DNA from: Candidatus Thermofontivivens primus
Lineage (GTDB): Bacteria; Sysuimicrobiota; Sysuimicrobiia; Sysuimicrobiales; Thermofontiviventaceae
Assembly (NCBI GenBank): GCA_031458695.1
Contig: JAVKJW010000007.1
Coordinates: 1 to 64,000 of the forward strand
Length of the DNA: 64,000 bases
Reading direction: 5' to 3'
A program made the translations under genes and the position numbers. Below the pieces are notes generated by a model that was not told the origin of the DNA, made no database searches, and saw only the letters and a list, made by a program, of their open reading frames with translations. This document shows positions 9,174-18,209 of this stretch, piece after piece; the first letter of the stretch is position 1; each line of letters starts with the position of its first letter.

Positions 9174-9613
9174 TTGGGCCTCCGACTGATCTGGATAGCA
9201 AGCTCCACCCTCTTCTCTGAGGGCTGGAGGGTTTCATCTCCGTTGTCATCCACCCAGACAACGACTTTCAGGCGCTTCAACTCCTCCTCATCAGGAGAGG
9301 GGAGTTGAACGACTTTGAACCGGTAGCCTGGAAAGCCCGAGAAAGCCCCGGCTTGCTCCATGGAGCTTTTGAATTCTCCTGGTTTGAGATCCGCTCGCAA
9401 CATGGTTCCGAGCTCTTCGGCCTTTTGTTGGGCGAGGAAGACGAGGGTGGTGGAGCGCTCATGATTCACTGCACCTACGAGGCGAACCTCAAAGACGTTT
9501 GCCAGGGAGAGAAGAAGAATGGCGAGGAGAGCCAAGGCCACCAGAACCTCCACTAGGGAGATCCCCTCTTCCCTCCCTACCAGGGAACCATGCCAGATCC
9601 TCTCAGAGCACAT
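9170..9613 (-). CDS. Minor pilin (PilV-like)
   Basis: EG/ISLVEVLVAL prepilin motif, LAQQKAEE; start uncertain (9613 or 9679). Confidence 0.75.
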   Translation of the reverse strand: MCSERIWHGSLVGREEGISLVEVLVALALLAILLLSLANVFEVRLVGAVNHERSTTLVFLAQQKAEELGTMLRADLKPGEFKSSMEQAGAFSGFPGYRFKVVQLPSPDEEELKRLKVVVWVDDNGDETLQPSEKRVELAIQISRRPK

Positions 9614-9920
9614 GCGCGACCGCCACGCTCCTCTGGCGGATAAGAGTAACTCTGTAGGTAATCCCTTTCGGCGGTACAAGTATGGTCCTTTCCATACCCC
9701 TATTCCCGCTGGGTCTGAGGGTCCATCCCAAAGCCTTGAAAAAGTTAGCCCCTTCTTTGACCGCGCGGTCTATGAGGCTTTCTCTCACAAGCTTATTCTC
9801 ACTTCATAGCGGATAAACCCGTCCACGCTCGACAAGTCTGAGAGAAAGTTTAGTTTGTGACAACAGAGCCTCTGCCTGGACCATTATAATTATCTCGCTG
9901 GCACACATCGAGGCCCCGTT

Positions 9921-9952
9921 AAAAAAGGTGGGGCCTGTGGAACGGCCCCACC
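9921..9952 (-). terminator. Intrinsic terminator downstream of the major pilin gene
   Basis: GGTGGGGCC/GGCCCCACC 9-bp stem followed by T6 on the minus strand. Confidence 0.85.
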
Positions 9953-10005
9953 GGTAGATCAGACAGACTCCTTCACTTAGCTAACCATACATCCCACCAC
10001 TGAGA

Positions 10006-10434
10006 TTACGGTGAGTAGGTGATGCTTTTCTCTGTGATCGTAACTGTCGTGGGGGCACTGTCTTTACCAACGATTATTAACGTGAATTTCTTCTTGTTAC
10101 CGCTTGGTTGTCCAACATAGTCACTGAAAGTGAAGTTGGCGTCATTTTCCGTCGGCTGTAGCGTTACATAAGGGCTTAGGGTATTGAGCAAACCGCCGTA
10201 ATTGGCAATGGTAGCGTCGGGAGGATATTGTTTGTTGTCATCGAAATAAAGATCAAATGCTATTTTCAATGCCTTTGCATCTGCAATTACTGCATTCCTC
10301 CTGGCGCGATCCTCGATGTCCACTAGGTTCGGAGCGATTAATGCTGCAAGGATCAAGATAATGCTTACCACGACGATGAGCTCGATGAGCGTGAAACCCT
10401 GTTCACCTTTTCGCCTGCGACGTTTGTCCTTCAT
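10006..10434 (-). CDS. pilA: Type IV major pilin
   Basis: QG/FTLIELIVVVSII; GGAGGTG RBS; own promoter and terminator. Confidence 0.85.
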   Translation of the reverse strand: MKDKRRRRKGEQGFTLIELIVVVSIILILAALIAPNLVDIEDRARRNAVIADAKALKIAFDLYFDDNKQYPPDATIANYGGLLNTLSPYVTLQPTENDANFTFSDYVGQPSGNKKKFTLIIVGKDSAPTTVTITEKSITYSP

Positions 10435-10476
10435 TTCACACCTCCGATCTCTTCCCTAAGCCCTCCCGTGGTCTTC

Positions 10477-10505
10477 ACCATATCATATTCCCAATAAGTC
10501 GTCAA
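10477..10505 (-). promoter_or_regulatory. Sigma70-type promoter for the pilin gene
   Basis: TTGACG-N17-TATGGT with TG extension on the minus strand. Confidence 0.55.
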
Positions 10506-10597
10506 CTTAGTCCTCTCCGCAGGAAATATTCCAAGAGATTTTTCAAAATCTTCCCTTGAGCAAGAATCGTGCCAACCTCCCACGAGAGATTGAACTT

Positions 10598-11809
10598 CTA
10601 GCGCCGCGAGAGCACACGGAGGAGGTTGAACACGGGGAGGTAAAGGGACACAAGGATAAACCCGACGACCACGCCCACGAACACCGTGAGCGCTGGTTCC
10701 AGAAATGCGGTCAGGCGCCGGATGGTGTAGTCGATATCCCTATCTAGGAACTCCCCTGCTCGAAGGAGAGACTGGTCCAGCGTCCCCGTCTGCTGGCCCG
10801 TGGCCACCAGCTGGACAACCAAAGGTGGGAAAAACCCCGTCCGCTCCATGGAATGGTCGATAGAATGGCCCTCCTGAATCATGGTGCGCATCGCCTGTGC
10901 TGCCTCGAGGAGGACTACGTTGTCTGCTGCCTCAGCGGATGTGTCAAGGGCCTGGAGGATAGGCACACCCCCCTGGAGGAGCATCCCGAGGGCGTACACA
11001 AATCGGCTGATGATCACCTTCTTGAGGAACGCGCCGAATACGGGGAGGCGGACCATCATACGATCAAGCAGCGATCGCACTCCTGGTATCCTGCGTCCCC
11101 TGACGATCACTAAGATCACCAACCCGAGCCCAATCAAGAGGACCGGCCAGTGGCCTCGTACGAACCGGCTGATGGTAAGAAGCCCTCGCGTCAAGAGAGG
11201 CAGTTGCGCCCCAAGCCGGCCGTAGAGCCGTTCAAAGAGAGGCACAACGAAGACCAGCAGGAAGCTCAGCACCAGGGTAGCAAAGGTGAGGACGAACGCT
11301 GGGTAAATATACGTCGACCGAACCTTCCTGCGCGTGCTCAGCTCACGGTCCAGGTACTGAGCGAGCCTGGTCAACACCACGTCCAGAACTCCCCCTACCT
11401 CTCCAGTCTGCACGAGCCCCACATACATCCGGGAGAACACGTGGGGGTGCCTTGCCATTGCCCCCGAGAGGCTCAAGCCGCGCTCGACGTCTTTCTCCAC
11501 CTCGGTGATGATCCTCTTCAACGACCGGTTGAGGGTCTGCTCTCGGACCGCCCGGAGGGCCTGGGTAATGGGTATCCCGGCATTGATCATCTCGGCGAGT
11601 TGGAAGCTGAACGTGGTGAGATCCTCAAGCGTGACGCGAGGTTCCAGTAACCCCCTTCGGGGAACGGGCGAAGGGACCACCTCGTAGGCAATGACATAGA
11701 ATCCCGCTTCGCGAAGCCTCACACGAAGGTCGCGTTCGTCCTCGGCCTCCAGCACGCCTTCGACCGGCTGGCCGTTGGTATCCCTTGCGGAATAGCTAAA
11801 CCACGGCAT
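10598..11809 (-). CDS. pilC: Type IV pilus platform protein PilC/GspF
   Basis: Two T2SSF domains, GEVGGVLD, IYPAF, LEP, LYLP. Confidence 0.93.
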   Translation of the reverse strand: MPWFSYSARDTNGQPVEGVLEAEDERDLRVRLREAGFYVIAYEVVPSPVPRRGLLEPRVTLEDLTTFSFQLAEMINAGIPITQALRAVREQTLNRSLKRIITEVEKDVERGLSLSGAMARHPHVFSRMYVGLVQTGEVGGVLDVVLTRLAQYLDRELSTRRKVRSTYIYPAFVLTFATLVLSFLLVFVVPLFERLYGRLGAQLPLLTRGLLTISRFVRGHWPVLLIGLGLVILVIVRGRRIPGVRSLLDRMMVRLPVFGAFLKKVIISRFVYALGMLLQGGVPILQALDTSAEAADNVVLLEAAQAMRTMIQEGHSIDHSMERTGFFPPLVVQLVATGQQTGTLDQSLLRAGEFLDRDIDYTIRRLTAFLEPALTVFVGVVVGFILVSLYLPVFNLLRVLSRR

Positions 11810-13520
11810 CCGTCTCCAGGAAGATCACCCTCCGGACCTCCTCCACAGAGGTGATCCCCTCAAGAGCCTTTTGGATGGCGCACTCTCGCATCGTCTTCAT
11901 TCCCAATTTCCGGGCCGCCTCCCGGATCTCCAAGGTGGGGCGCCGTTTCAACACAAGCTCCCGGATGGGGTCTGACATCACCAGGATCTCAAACACCGCC
12001 GTCCGCCCTTTGTAGGTGGTGTAGTCGCACGCCGGGCATCCGGCACCCCGGTAAAGGGTGAGCGGAGGATCCTCGGAAAGCCCAAGCTCCCGCAGGACCT
12101 CCACGGGTGCCTTGTAGGCCTCCTTACATCCGGTGCAGATCTTGCGCACGAGGCGCTGGCCGAGGGTGGCGATCACTGCCGAGGTGATGAAGTAGGGTTC
12201 GATCCCCATGTCTATAAGGCGCAGCATCGCTCCCGCGGCGTCATTGGTGTGGAGGGTAGTGAGCACTAAGTGCCCCGTCAGGGCTGCCTGCACAGCGATC
12301 TGGGCGGTCTCGGCGTCGCGGATCTCGCCCACCATGATCACGTTGGGATCCTGCCGTACGATCGACCTAAGGCCATTGGCAAATGTGATTCCCATTCTTG
12401 GTCGGACGGGGATCTGGGTGATCCCCTCGAGGTGGTACTCCACTGGGTCCTCGATGGTGATGATATTCTTAGTGGGCTCGTTAATGTAATGGAGGAAGGC
12501 ATACAAGGAGGTGGTCTTGCCACTCCCTGTCGGGCCCGTCACCAGGATCATCCCGTAGGGCTTCTGGATTAGGGAGGTAACCAGATCCTGCTGATCAGGA
12601 AGAAGTCCCAAGCGATCGAGACCCAAGAGGATGCGGTGTTTGTCCAGCAGGCGTAGGACCACACGCTCCCCGTACGAGCAGCCTATGGTCGCCACCCGAA
12701 CATCGTACTCTGCCCCGTCCACATGCAGGCTAATCCTCCCATCCTGTGGTTTCACACGCTCAGCGATGTTGAGTCCTGCCATCACCTTGATCCTGCTGAT
12801 CACTGCTGCCTGCAGCGTTTGCGGGATGGAGGCCTTATCATAAAGCATCCCGTCGATGCGATAACGCACCCGGAGCCCCCCAGGTTGAGGCTCGAAGTGG
12901 ATGTCCGTTGCCCCGGCGCTGATGGCCCCGCGGATGATCGAGTTCACCAACCGAATGACGGGCGGGGTCTCCCTGTCCTCATCAAGGGTAAGGACAATCT
13001 CCTCCTGGACCTGTCTTTCCGGTTCTTCTCCCTCTGCGACCTCTACAGCCTCTTCAACATGGCGGCGGACATCGAAGAGCTGGGCGATGGCCCAGTCAAG
13101 ATCGCTCTCTGTGGTGAGCACTGGACGGATCCGAAACCCGGAGGCCGCGGAAAGCTCATCGATGGCCAAAAGATCTGTTGGATCGGCCATAGCGACGATG
13201 AGCTCCTTTCCCTCTCGGGCGATGGGGATTGCCCGGAAACGGCGGATAAGGGGTTCTGGCACAAGGCCGATGACCTCGCGGTTGAGGGGTTGGGCAGTGA
13301 GACTGACGTAAGGAAAGCCTGTCTGGGTTTGCAATGTCTTTCCCAGCTCACTTTTGGAGAGGTGCCCCCGATCGACGAGGATCTGACCAAGCCGCTTTCC
13401 GGTTTTCTTCTGCTCCTCCAGGGCTTCTTGAAGCTGCCCCCGGCTGATCAATCCTCTTTCGACCAAGAGCTCTCCCAGTTTCTTCCGAACTTGCTGATGA
13501 CGATCCTCCACCCTTATCAC
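11796..13520 (-). CDS. pilB: Type IV pilus extension ATPase PilB/GspE with N-terminal MshEN domain
   Basis: GPTGSGKTT, TIEDPVE, RQDPNVIMVGEIRD, TGHLVLTTLHTND, CxxC...CxxC. Confidence 0.95.
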   Translation of the reverse strand: MIRVEDRHQQVRKKLGELLVERGLISRGQLQEALEEQKKTGKRLGQILVDRGHLSKSELGKTLQTQTGFPYVSLTAQPLNREVIGLVPEPLIRRFRAIPIAREGKELIVAMADPTDLLAIDELSAASGFRIRPVLTTESDLDWAIAQLFDVRRHVEEAVEVAEGEEPERQVQEEIVLTLDEDRETPPVIRLVNSIIRGAISAGATDIHFEPQPGGLRVRYRIDGMLYDKASIPQTLQAAVISRIKVMAGLNIAERVKPQDGRISLHVDGAEYDVRVATIGCSYGERVVLRLLDKHRILLGLDRLGLLPDQQDLVTSLIQKPYGMILVTGPTGSGKTTSLYAFLHYINEPTKNIITIEDPVEYHLEGITQIPVRPRMGITFANGLRSIVRQDPNVIMVGEIRDAETAQIAVQAALTGHLVLTTLHTNDAAGAMLRLIDMGIEPYFITSAVIATLGQRLVRKICTGCKEAYKAPVEVLRELGLSEDPPLTLYRGAGCPACDYTTYKGRTAVFEILVMSDPIRELVLKRRPTLEIREAARKLGMKTMRECAIQKALEGITSVEEVRRVIFLETDAVV

Positions 13521-14896
13521 CCCGACCCTTCCCCTGATCCATAATCGGATGTATTCCCAAATCCCTGGAGCTCCTCCTGCCGTCTTCTGGTACTCCAGGC
13601 GAGACCGCTGGCAAGCCCCACTGTGCTCCAGAAAACAGGGGCCGCATCAATCACACTGAAATGGAATTGAAGGGTGGCAAGGTAGCCAACTGCTCCCCCA
13701 AGGGATCCGATCAGCAAGGGGTGGAACTCGCTCCAGGGGGATCCCCGTATTGACTGGAAAACTACTCTGAAGAACCGTACCAGCACCCATATATATGATG
13801 CAAGGCCGATAAGACCTGTAGAGGCAGCGACGTGAAGGAAGTCGTTATGGGCCCTGTCTACAATTCCGAACCGTCCCCACCTCTGGACAAACTCAAGATA
13901 GCGCTCCTGCGGTACATAGGGGAAAACATGGGAGAGAGTCTCTGGACCCCAGCCGATGAGGGGCCGCTTGACAATGACGAGTACTGTGTTGTACCAGATC
14001 CAAAGACGCTCCGAGACCCCAGAAGTCTCGACTTCTCCTGTGCTCAGAATCCGAGTAGTGATGGTCAGGCCTGGGCGCGAAAAGGGTCCTCCCGGCCACT
14101 CGAAAAGGACCGTCACAAGGGCGAGGGAAGTTGCCAGGATCGCAAGCCGTCGACGTACTGCTGAATCTTGTTTTAGACGAGGCCACCCCATCCAGACAAT
14201 CATTACACCAGAGAGAGCAATCCCCAACCAACCGGCACGGCTAAGGGTCATTAGGAGCGTGAGGTATGTTCCTGTGGTAATTCCCCAAAAGATAAGCCAA
14301 TAGGGAGATTCAGATCCATAGAGGAAGAGGGTCATTGCAAGGGACTGCACGAGAACTAAGTACATCGCCAAGAAATCGGGGTTCCCCATCGTCGCAAAGC
14401 TCCTTCCGCCCGACTCCAGGTTGGGAATGATCTCCAAGCCAAAGTACTGGGCAATCCCGTACGCTATCACGATCGCCGAACCGATAAACAGACCCCCAAT
14501 CCACCGTTGCACCTGGGGCTTGCTCTTAAGGTAGCGGGCTGTGAGGGCCGTGACCAAAAGATATGCGATGAGGGTCAAGAACCCCTCACGTCGGTTATAC
14601 CGACCCCAAAAGCTTACCCAGGGATCCACGGAGAAGACGGTCGCAATGGCAATTGCCAGCGCGTACACAAACAGAGGAATATCGAGCGGAGAGGGGGAAT
14701 ACCTCCCACGTCTCCTAAGGATAAGCGCACTCCCCCCTGCCAGAGCCATCAGCCCAAGGAGAGCTCGCATCTTTGGGAAAGGGTAGCTCAGGTAATTCGC
14801 CGATGCCCTATACTCGAAGATGAGCGGGACAACGCTCACGGTCAGCACAAGGGCCCACGTAAGGACTGTTTCTGCCAGACGTTCTACGCGCTTAAT
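13517..14896 (-). CDS. O-antigen ligase family protein (possible pilin oligosaccharyltransferase)
   Basis: TMGNPDF, TLSRAGWLG, ERLWIW, PLIGWGPET, DRAHND Wzy_C motifs; start either GTG 14848 or ATT 14896 behind GGAGG. Confidence 0.8.
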   Translation of the reverse strand: MKRVERLAETVLTWALVLTVSVVPLIFEYRASANYLSYPFPKMRALLGLMALAGGSALILRRRGRYSPSPLDIPLFVYALAIAIATVFSVDPWVSFWGRYNRREGFLTLIAYLLVTALTARYLKSKPQVQRWIGGLFIGSAIVIAYGIAQYFGLEIIPNLESGGRSFATMGNPDFLAMYLVLVQSLAMTLFLYGSESPYWLIFWGITTGTYLTLLMTLSRAGWLGIALSGVMIVWMGWPRLKQDSAVRRRLAILATSLALVTVLFEWPGGPFSRPGLTITTRILSTGEVETSGVSERLWIWYNTVLVIVKRPLIGWGPETLSHVFPYVPQERYLEFVQRWGRFGIVDRAHNDFLHVAASTGLIGLASYIWVLVRFFRVVFQSIRGSPWSEFHPLLIGSLGGAVGYLATLQFHFSVIDAAPVFWSTVGLASGLAWSTRRRQEELQGFGNTSDYGSGEGSG

Positions 14897-14963
14897 CTCA
14901 GTCCCTCCAATCGATTCAGGAAATTAGCCCGGGTGTATGTGATAATGATATGATGGTGTGTTC

Positions 14964-15057
14964 GTGGCCGGGTCACAGTTCCCCTTCTTGGGGAACCGAC
15001 CGTCTGGACCCCTCCCCAATCGTCATTGGGGAGTAATGTCCAAAGGGGTTTAGCCAC
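14964..15057. ncRNA. Candidate three-way-junction structured RNA
   Basis: GTGGC/GCCAC closing stem enclosing two long hairpins (GTTCCCC/GGGGAAC; CTCCCCAAT/ATTGGGGAG). Confidence 0.35.
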
Positions 15058-15248
15058 TGCCCACCTCCACGTTTCTTTAGCACCCTACCAAAAATAGAAC
15101 CATGGTACGAATCCAGAAAACCAAAAGTTTTGCGCACTTCGACCGAAGAATTTAAGAAGGACATCCACAGAGATTTTGCAAAAGAAGTTTGCCTAAAAGC
15201 GATCTTCTGCGAGAAAAGTAGGGAGAAGCAGTAGGCCAGGGGTAATGC

Positions 15249-17894
15249 ATGAAAAAACGCGTCGGGGGCTCGCGTCTGGGCGAAATTTACAGCACTCCTA
15301 GCTTTGAGCTGAGGTCTCCTGCTTGCTCATCGAGTGCGGGGAGGAGCATCCCCAACAACCTCTGGTTGGGGAGGTTGAAGGATATTCCGTTCGTCAGCCG
15401 AGCGCGTAGCTTAAGGGGTAAGCTTTTATTCTACGGGGCCATTGTCACGCTCTTGGCAACTCCAGCCATCGCCCTCCTGGAGAGCTACCTCTTCGGGGCG
15501 CTGACATGGCAGGCCTTCCTCACAAAGCTCCCGCCCCTTCTCCTCCTTGACGCCATCCTCATCGCTCCCCTGTGGATCTTCCTCCACCGCAGCATCCTGC
15601 GCCCACTGGAGTGGCTCATCGCCGCGAACAGGTTGGTGGCAGGAGGGGATCCCAGCGGCCGGTGCCTTCCCGAGGAGGTCATACCCGACCACGAGCTCGG
15701 GGAGGCCATACGCTGGCGCGATGCCATGCTCTCTCGCCTCGAGGAACTCCAGGCACAGGTAGAAGCTGCGCGGAGGGAAGAAGAGGAAGCCGCCACCCAT
15801 CTTGCCCATAGCCTTCTCAGCGCGGTCACGTTCGAGGAGATCGGTGCACTAGCGTTTCCGGTCCTCCGCGAACGCCTTGCGCCCGATGGCCTGAGCCTGT
15901 TGGTCGTCGACCCCTCGGAAAGTATCCTGGAGCTCGTCGCCGCCGAGGGGTGGAGCAAAGAATACATCGGCCGGCTCCAGCTCCCCCTCTCCCCGCACGA
16001 TAGTAGCGGCCCTGCCCGTGCGCTCCACAAAAGAACCCCCGTCGTAGAGGACCACACGACCCCTTCTTCCCCCCTCGCCGTCCCCGAGCCAGTGCGCTCG
16101 GCCGGGGTGCAGATGTGCGTTAACCTTCCCATGGTCTCCGGAGAAAGATGCACAGGGGTCATCGTCCTGGACTACCTCGCACCGCGCCCCATCGGAGAGG
16201 AGGAGCTGCGGTTCGCCTCCCTCGTCTCCGGTGTGGTGGCGGTGGCCGTGGAGAGGGCGCTGGAACACAGGCGCAACCGCCTCCTCTTTGAAAGGGTCCC
16301 AGTCGGGCTCTACCGGTCCACCCCTGAAGGCAAACTCTTGGACGTAAACGATGCGATGGTTCGCCTCCTGGGATACCCCGATCGGGAAAGCCTAATTCAG
16401 ACCAACGCCGTCCAGCTCTACGTCAACCCGGAGGACCGGCGCAGGTGGCGACAGCTCATGGACCGGGAAGGAGTGGTGGCCGACTTCGAGGTGCAGTGGC
16501 GCCGCTACGACGGGGGCATCGTATGGGTGCAGGAGACGGCCCGAACCATCCGGGACGCCTCGGGGCGGCCGGTTTATTACGAAGGGAGCGTCGAGGATAT
16601 CACCCCAAGGAAGCGGTTCGAGGCGGAGATCACTTACCTTGCCAGCCACGACCCCCTGACGGGAGCCTTCAATAGGCGCCGCTTCCAGGAGGAGCTCCAG
16701 CACAGGATTGCCCAGGCCCGGCGCGCCGGAAAAGGTGGAGCCCTTCTTTTCCTCGACCTGGACAACTTCAAGGAGGTCAACGACCGCTTAGGCCATAGGG
16801 CTGGGGATGACCTGCTGCGGGCGGTAGTCCAGAGCATCCAGCGGAATCTCAGGGAGACCGACGTCCTCGGCCGGCTTGGCGGCGACGAGTTCGGCATCCT
16901 CCTCTTCCCTATCGACACTAGACAGGCCCTATCCGTGGCAGAACGTGTTCTTCAGACAATTCGGGAACACGAGGTCCTTCTCGCAGGAAGGCTCGTCCGC
17001 CTCAGCTGCAGCTGTGGGATCTCGTTGTTTCCCGATCACGGCACCACAGTGGACGAGGTGCTTTCCGCCGCAGACAGCAGCCTGTACATGGCGAAGGAAA
17101 GGGGTGGAGACAGGGTGGTGATCTACGCGCCGGATGAGACTTGTCCCCGGGAGGCCCTCGCAGACTGGGCGGAGCGGCTGAACCGAGCGCTGCGGGAGGG
17201 CCTATTCGTCGCTTATGCCCAGCCGATCCTTGACCTCCGCACCGGGTGCATCGATCGCTGGGAACTGCTGGTGCGTCTTGTGGACCGGCCGGAGATCGTG
17301 TTCCCAGCAGCCTTCCTGTCCAAGGCAGAGCGCCTGGGCATCATCCGTGCCATCGACCGGTGGATGTGGGGGCAGGCGCTCCAGCTCATCCGCGATCACA
17401 ACCTGTCCGTGCACGTGAACCTCTCCGCAAAAACCTTGAACGATATAGAAACTATCGAGGCCATAGCATCCGACCTGGATGCCTCCAAGATCCCTCCGGA
17501 TAGGCTCGTGGTGGAGATCACGGAGACTGCGGCCATCGCGAACGTCGGGAAAACCCTGCGCTGTATGGAAATCCTGCGCGCCCGGGGATGTCGCTTTGCT
17601 CTCGACGATTTCGGGGTGGGATTTTCCTCGCTCTATTATCTCAAGCGCCTGCCAGCGGACTTCCTGAAGATCGATGGCACCTTCATTCGCACGCTCGCTG
17701 AGGATGGGGAGAACAGGCAGATCGTCCGGGCGATTGCAGAACTGGCAAGGGGACTTGGGAGGGAGACCATCGCCGAGTGGGTGGAGGACGAGGTCACCCT
17801 GCGGCATGTGCGCGATCTGGGCATCGACTACGCCCAGGGATACCATATCGGGAAGCCCGTCCCGGTCTCGGAAATCTTCCTGCGACGTAAATAA
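15249..17894 (+). CDS. Membrane HAMP-GAF-PAS-GGDEF-EAL c-di-GMP metabolising protein
   Basis: Two TMs, GAF, PAS (DITPRK), HDPLTG, DLDNFKEVND, RETD...GGDEF, ELLVR, DDFGVGFSS, KIDGTF; true start may lie further downstream. Confidence 0.93.
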   Translation: MKKRVGGSRLGEIYSTPSFELRSPACSSSAGRSIPNNLWLGRLKDIPFVSRARSLRGKLLFYGAIVTLLATPAIALLESYLFGALTWQAFLTKLPPLLLLDAILIAPLWIFLHRSILRPLEWLIAANRLVAGGDPSGRCLPEEVIPDHELGEAIRWRDAMLSRLEELQAQVEAARREEEEAATHLAHSLLSAVTFEEIGALAFPVLRERLAPDGLSLLVVDPSESILELVAAEGWSKEYIGRLQLPLSPHDSSGPARALHKRTPVVEDHTTPSSPLAVPEPVRSAGVQMCVNLPMVSGERCTGVIVLDYLAPRPIGEEELRFASLVSGVVAVAVERALEHRRNRLLFERVPVGLYRSTPEGKLLDVNDAMVRLLGYPDRESLIQTNAVQLYVNPEDRRRWRQLMDREGVVADFEVQWRRYDGGIVWVQETARTIRDASGRPVYYEGSVEDITPRKRFEAEITYLASHDPLTGAFNRRRFQEELQHRIAQARRAGKGGALLFLDLDNFKEVNDRLGHRAGDDLLRAVVQSIQRNLRETDVLGRLGGDEFGILLFPIDTRQALSVAERVLQTIREHEVLLAGRLVRLSCSCGISLFPDHGTTVDEVLSAADSSLYMAKERGGDRVVIYAPDETCPREALADWAERLNRALREGLFVAYAQPILDLRTGCIDRWELLVRLVDRPEIVFPAAFLSKAERLGIIRAIDRWMWGQALQLIRDHNLSVHVNLSAKTLNDIETIEAIASDLDASKIPPDRLVVEITETAAIANVGKTLRCMEILRARGCRFALDDFGVGFSSLYYLKRLPADFLKIDGTFIRTLAEDGENRQIVRAIAELARGLGRETIAEWVEDEVTLRHVRDLGIDYAQGYHIGKPVPVSEIFLRRK

Positions 17895-17966
17895 TCCCTC
17901 ACATTACTTCCCTCGCGCACAACCACCACGTGCATTAAAAATTCCCACGGAGTATAGAAGGAGCTG

Positions 17967-18006
17967 TTGACTTTGTCGGGAAAAGTCTACTAAAATAGTC
18001 AACAAA
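17967..18006 (+). promoter_or_regulatory. Promoter TTGACT-N18-TAAAAT overlapped by an IscR/Rrf2-type operator
   Basis: AAAGTCTACTAAAATAGTCAACAAA (17982-18006) matches 21/25 positions of the IscR type-1 consensus as I recall it (ATASYYGACTRWWWYAGTCRRSTAT). Confidence 0.6.
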
Positions 18007-18007
18007 G

Positions 18008-18094
18008 ATGTTCACGAGCGATCGGATTCACAATCTCCTTATCTTTGCCCCGCGACAGTGTATCTGTCCGCGGCGGAGGCCAAGGTCCGTCTAG
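18008..18094 (+). CDS. Putative 28-aa leader peptide with CxC (MFTSDRIHNLLIFAPRQCICPRRRPRSV)
   Basis: ATG just downstream of the promoter; the second Cys codon overlaps the 5' arm of a GTCCGCGG/CCGCGGAC stem. Confidence 0.3.
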   Translation: MFTSDRIHNLLIFAPRQCICPRRRPRSV

Positions 18095-18209
18095 AATCCC
18101 CGCGGACCAGGCTTCCGCTCTCTCGGCCCCCCAAACCGTTGTTCTCTTCGCTAGCTCTTTCCTTAGAGCTGGTGATGGATCTTGTCAAATTGTGTGAGGT
18201 GGTGTTGCA

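Noticed and set aside
14994..15010. CCGACCGTCTGG resembles the 3' end of a ZTP (pfl) riboswitch
   Set aside because: The 5' GACTGRCGG element is absent and no purine/folate gene is adjacent
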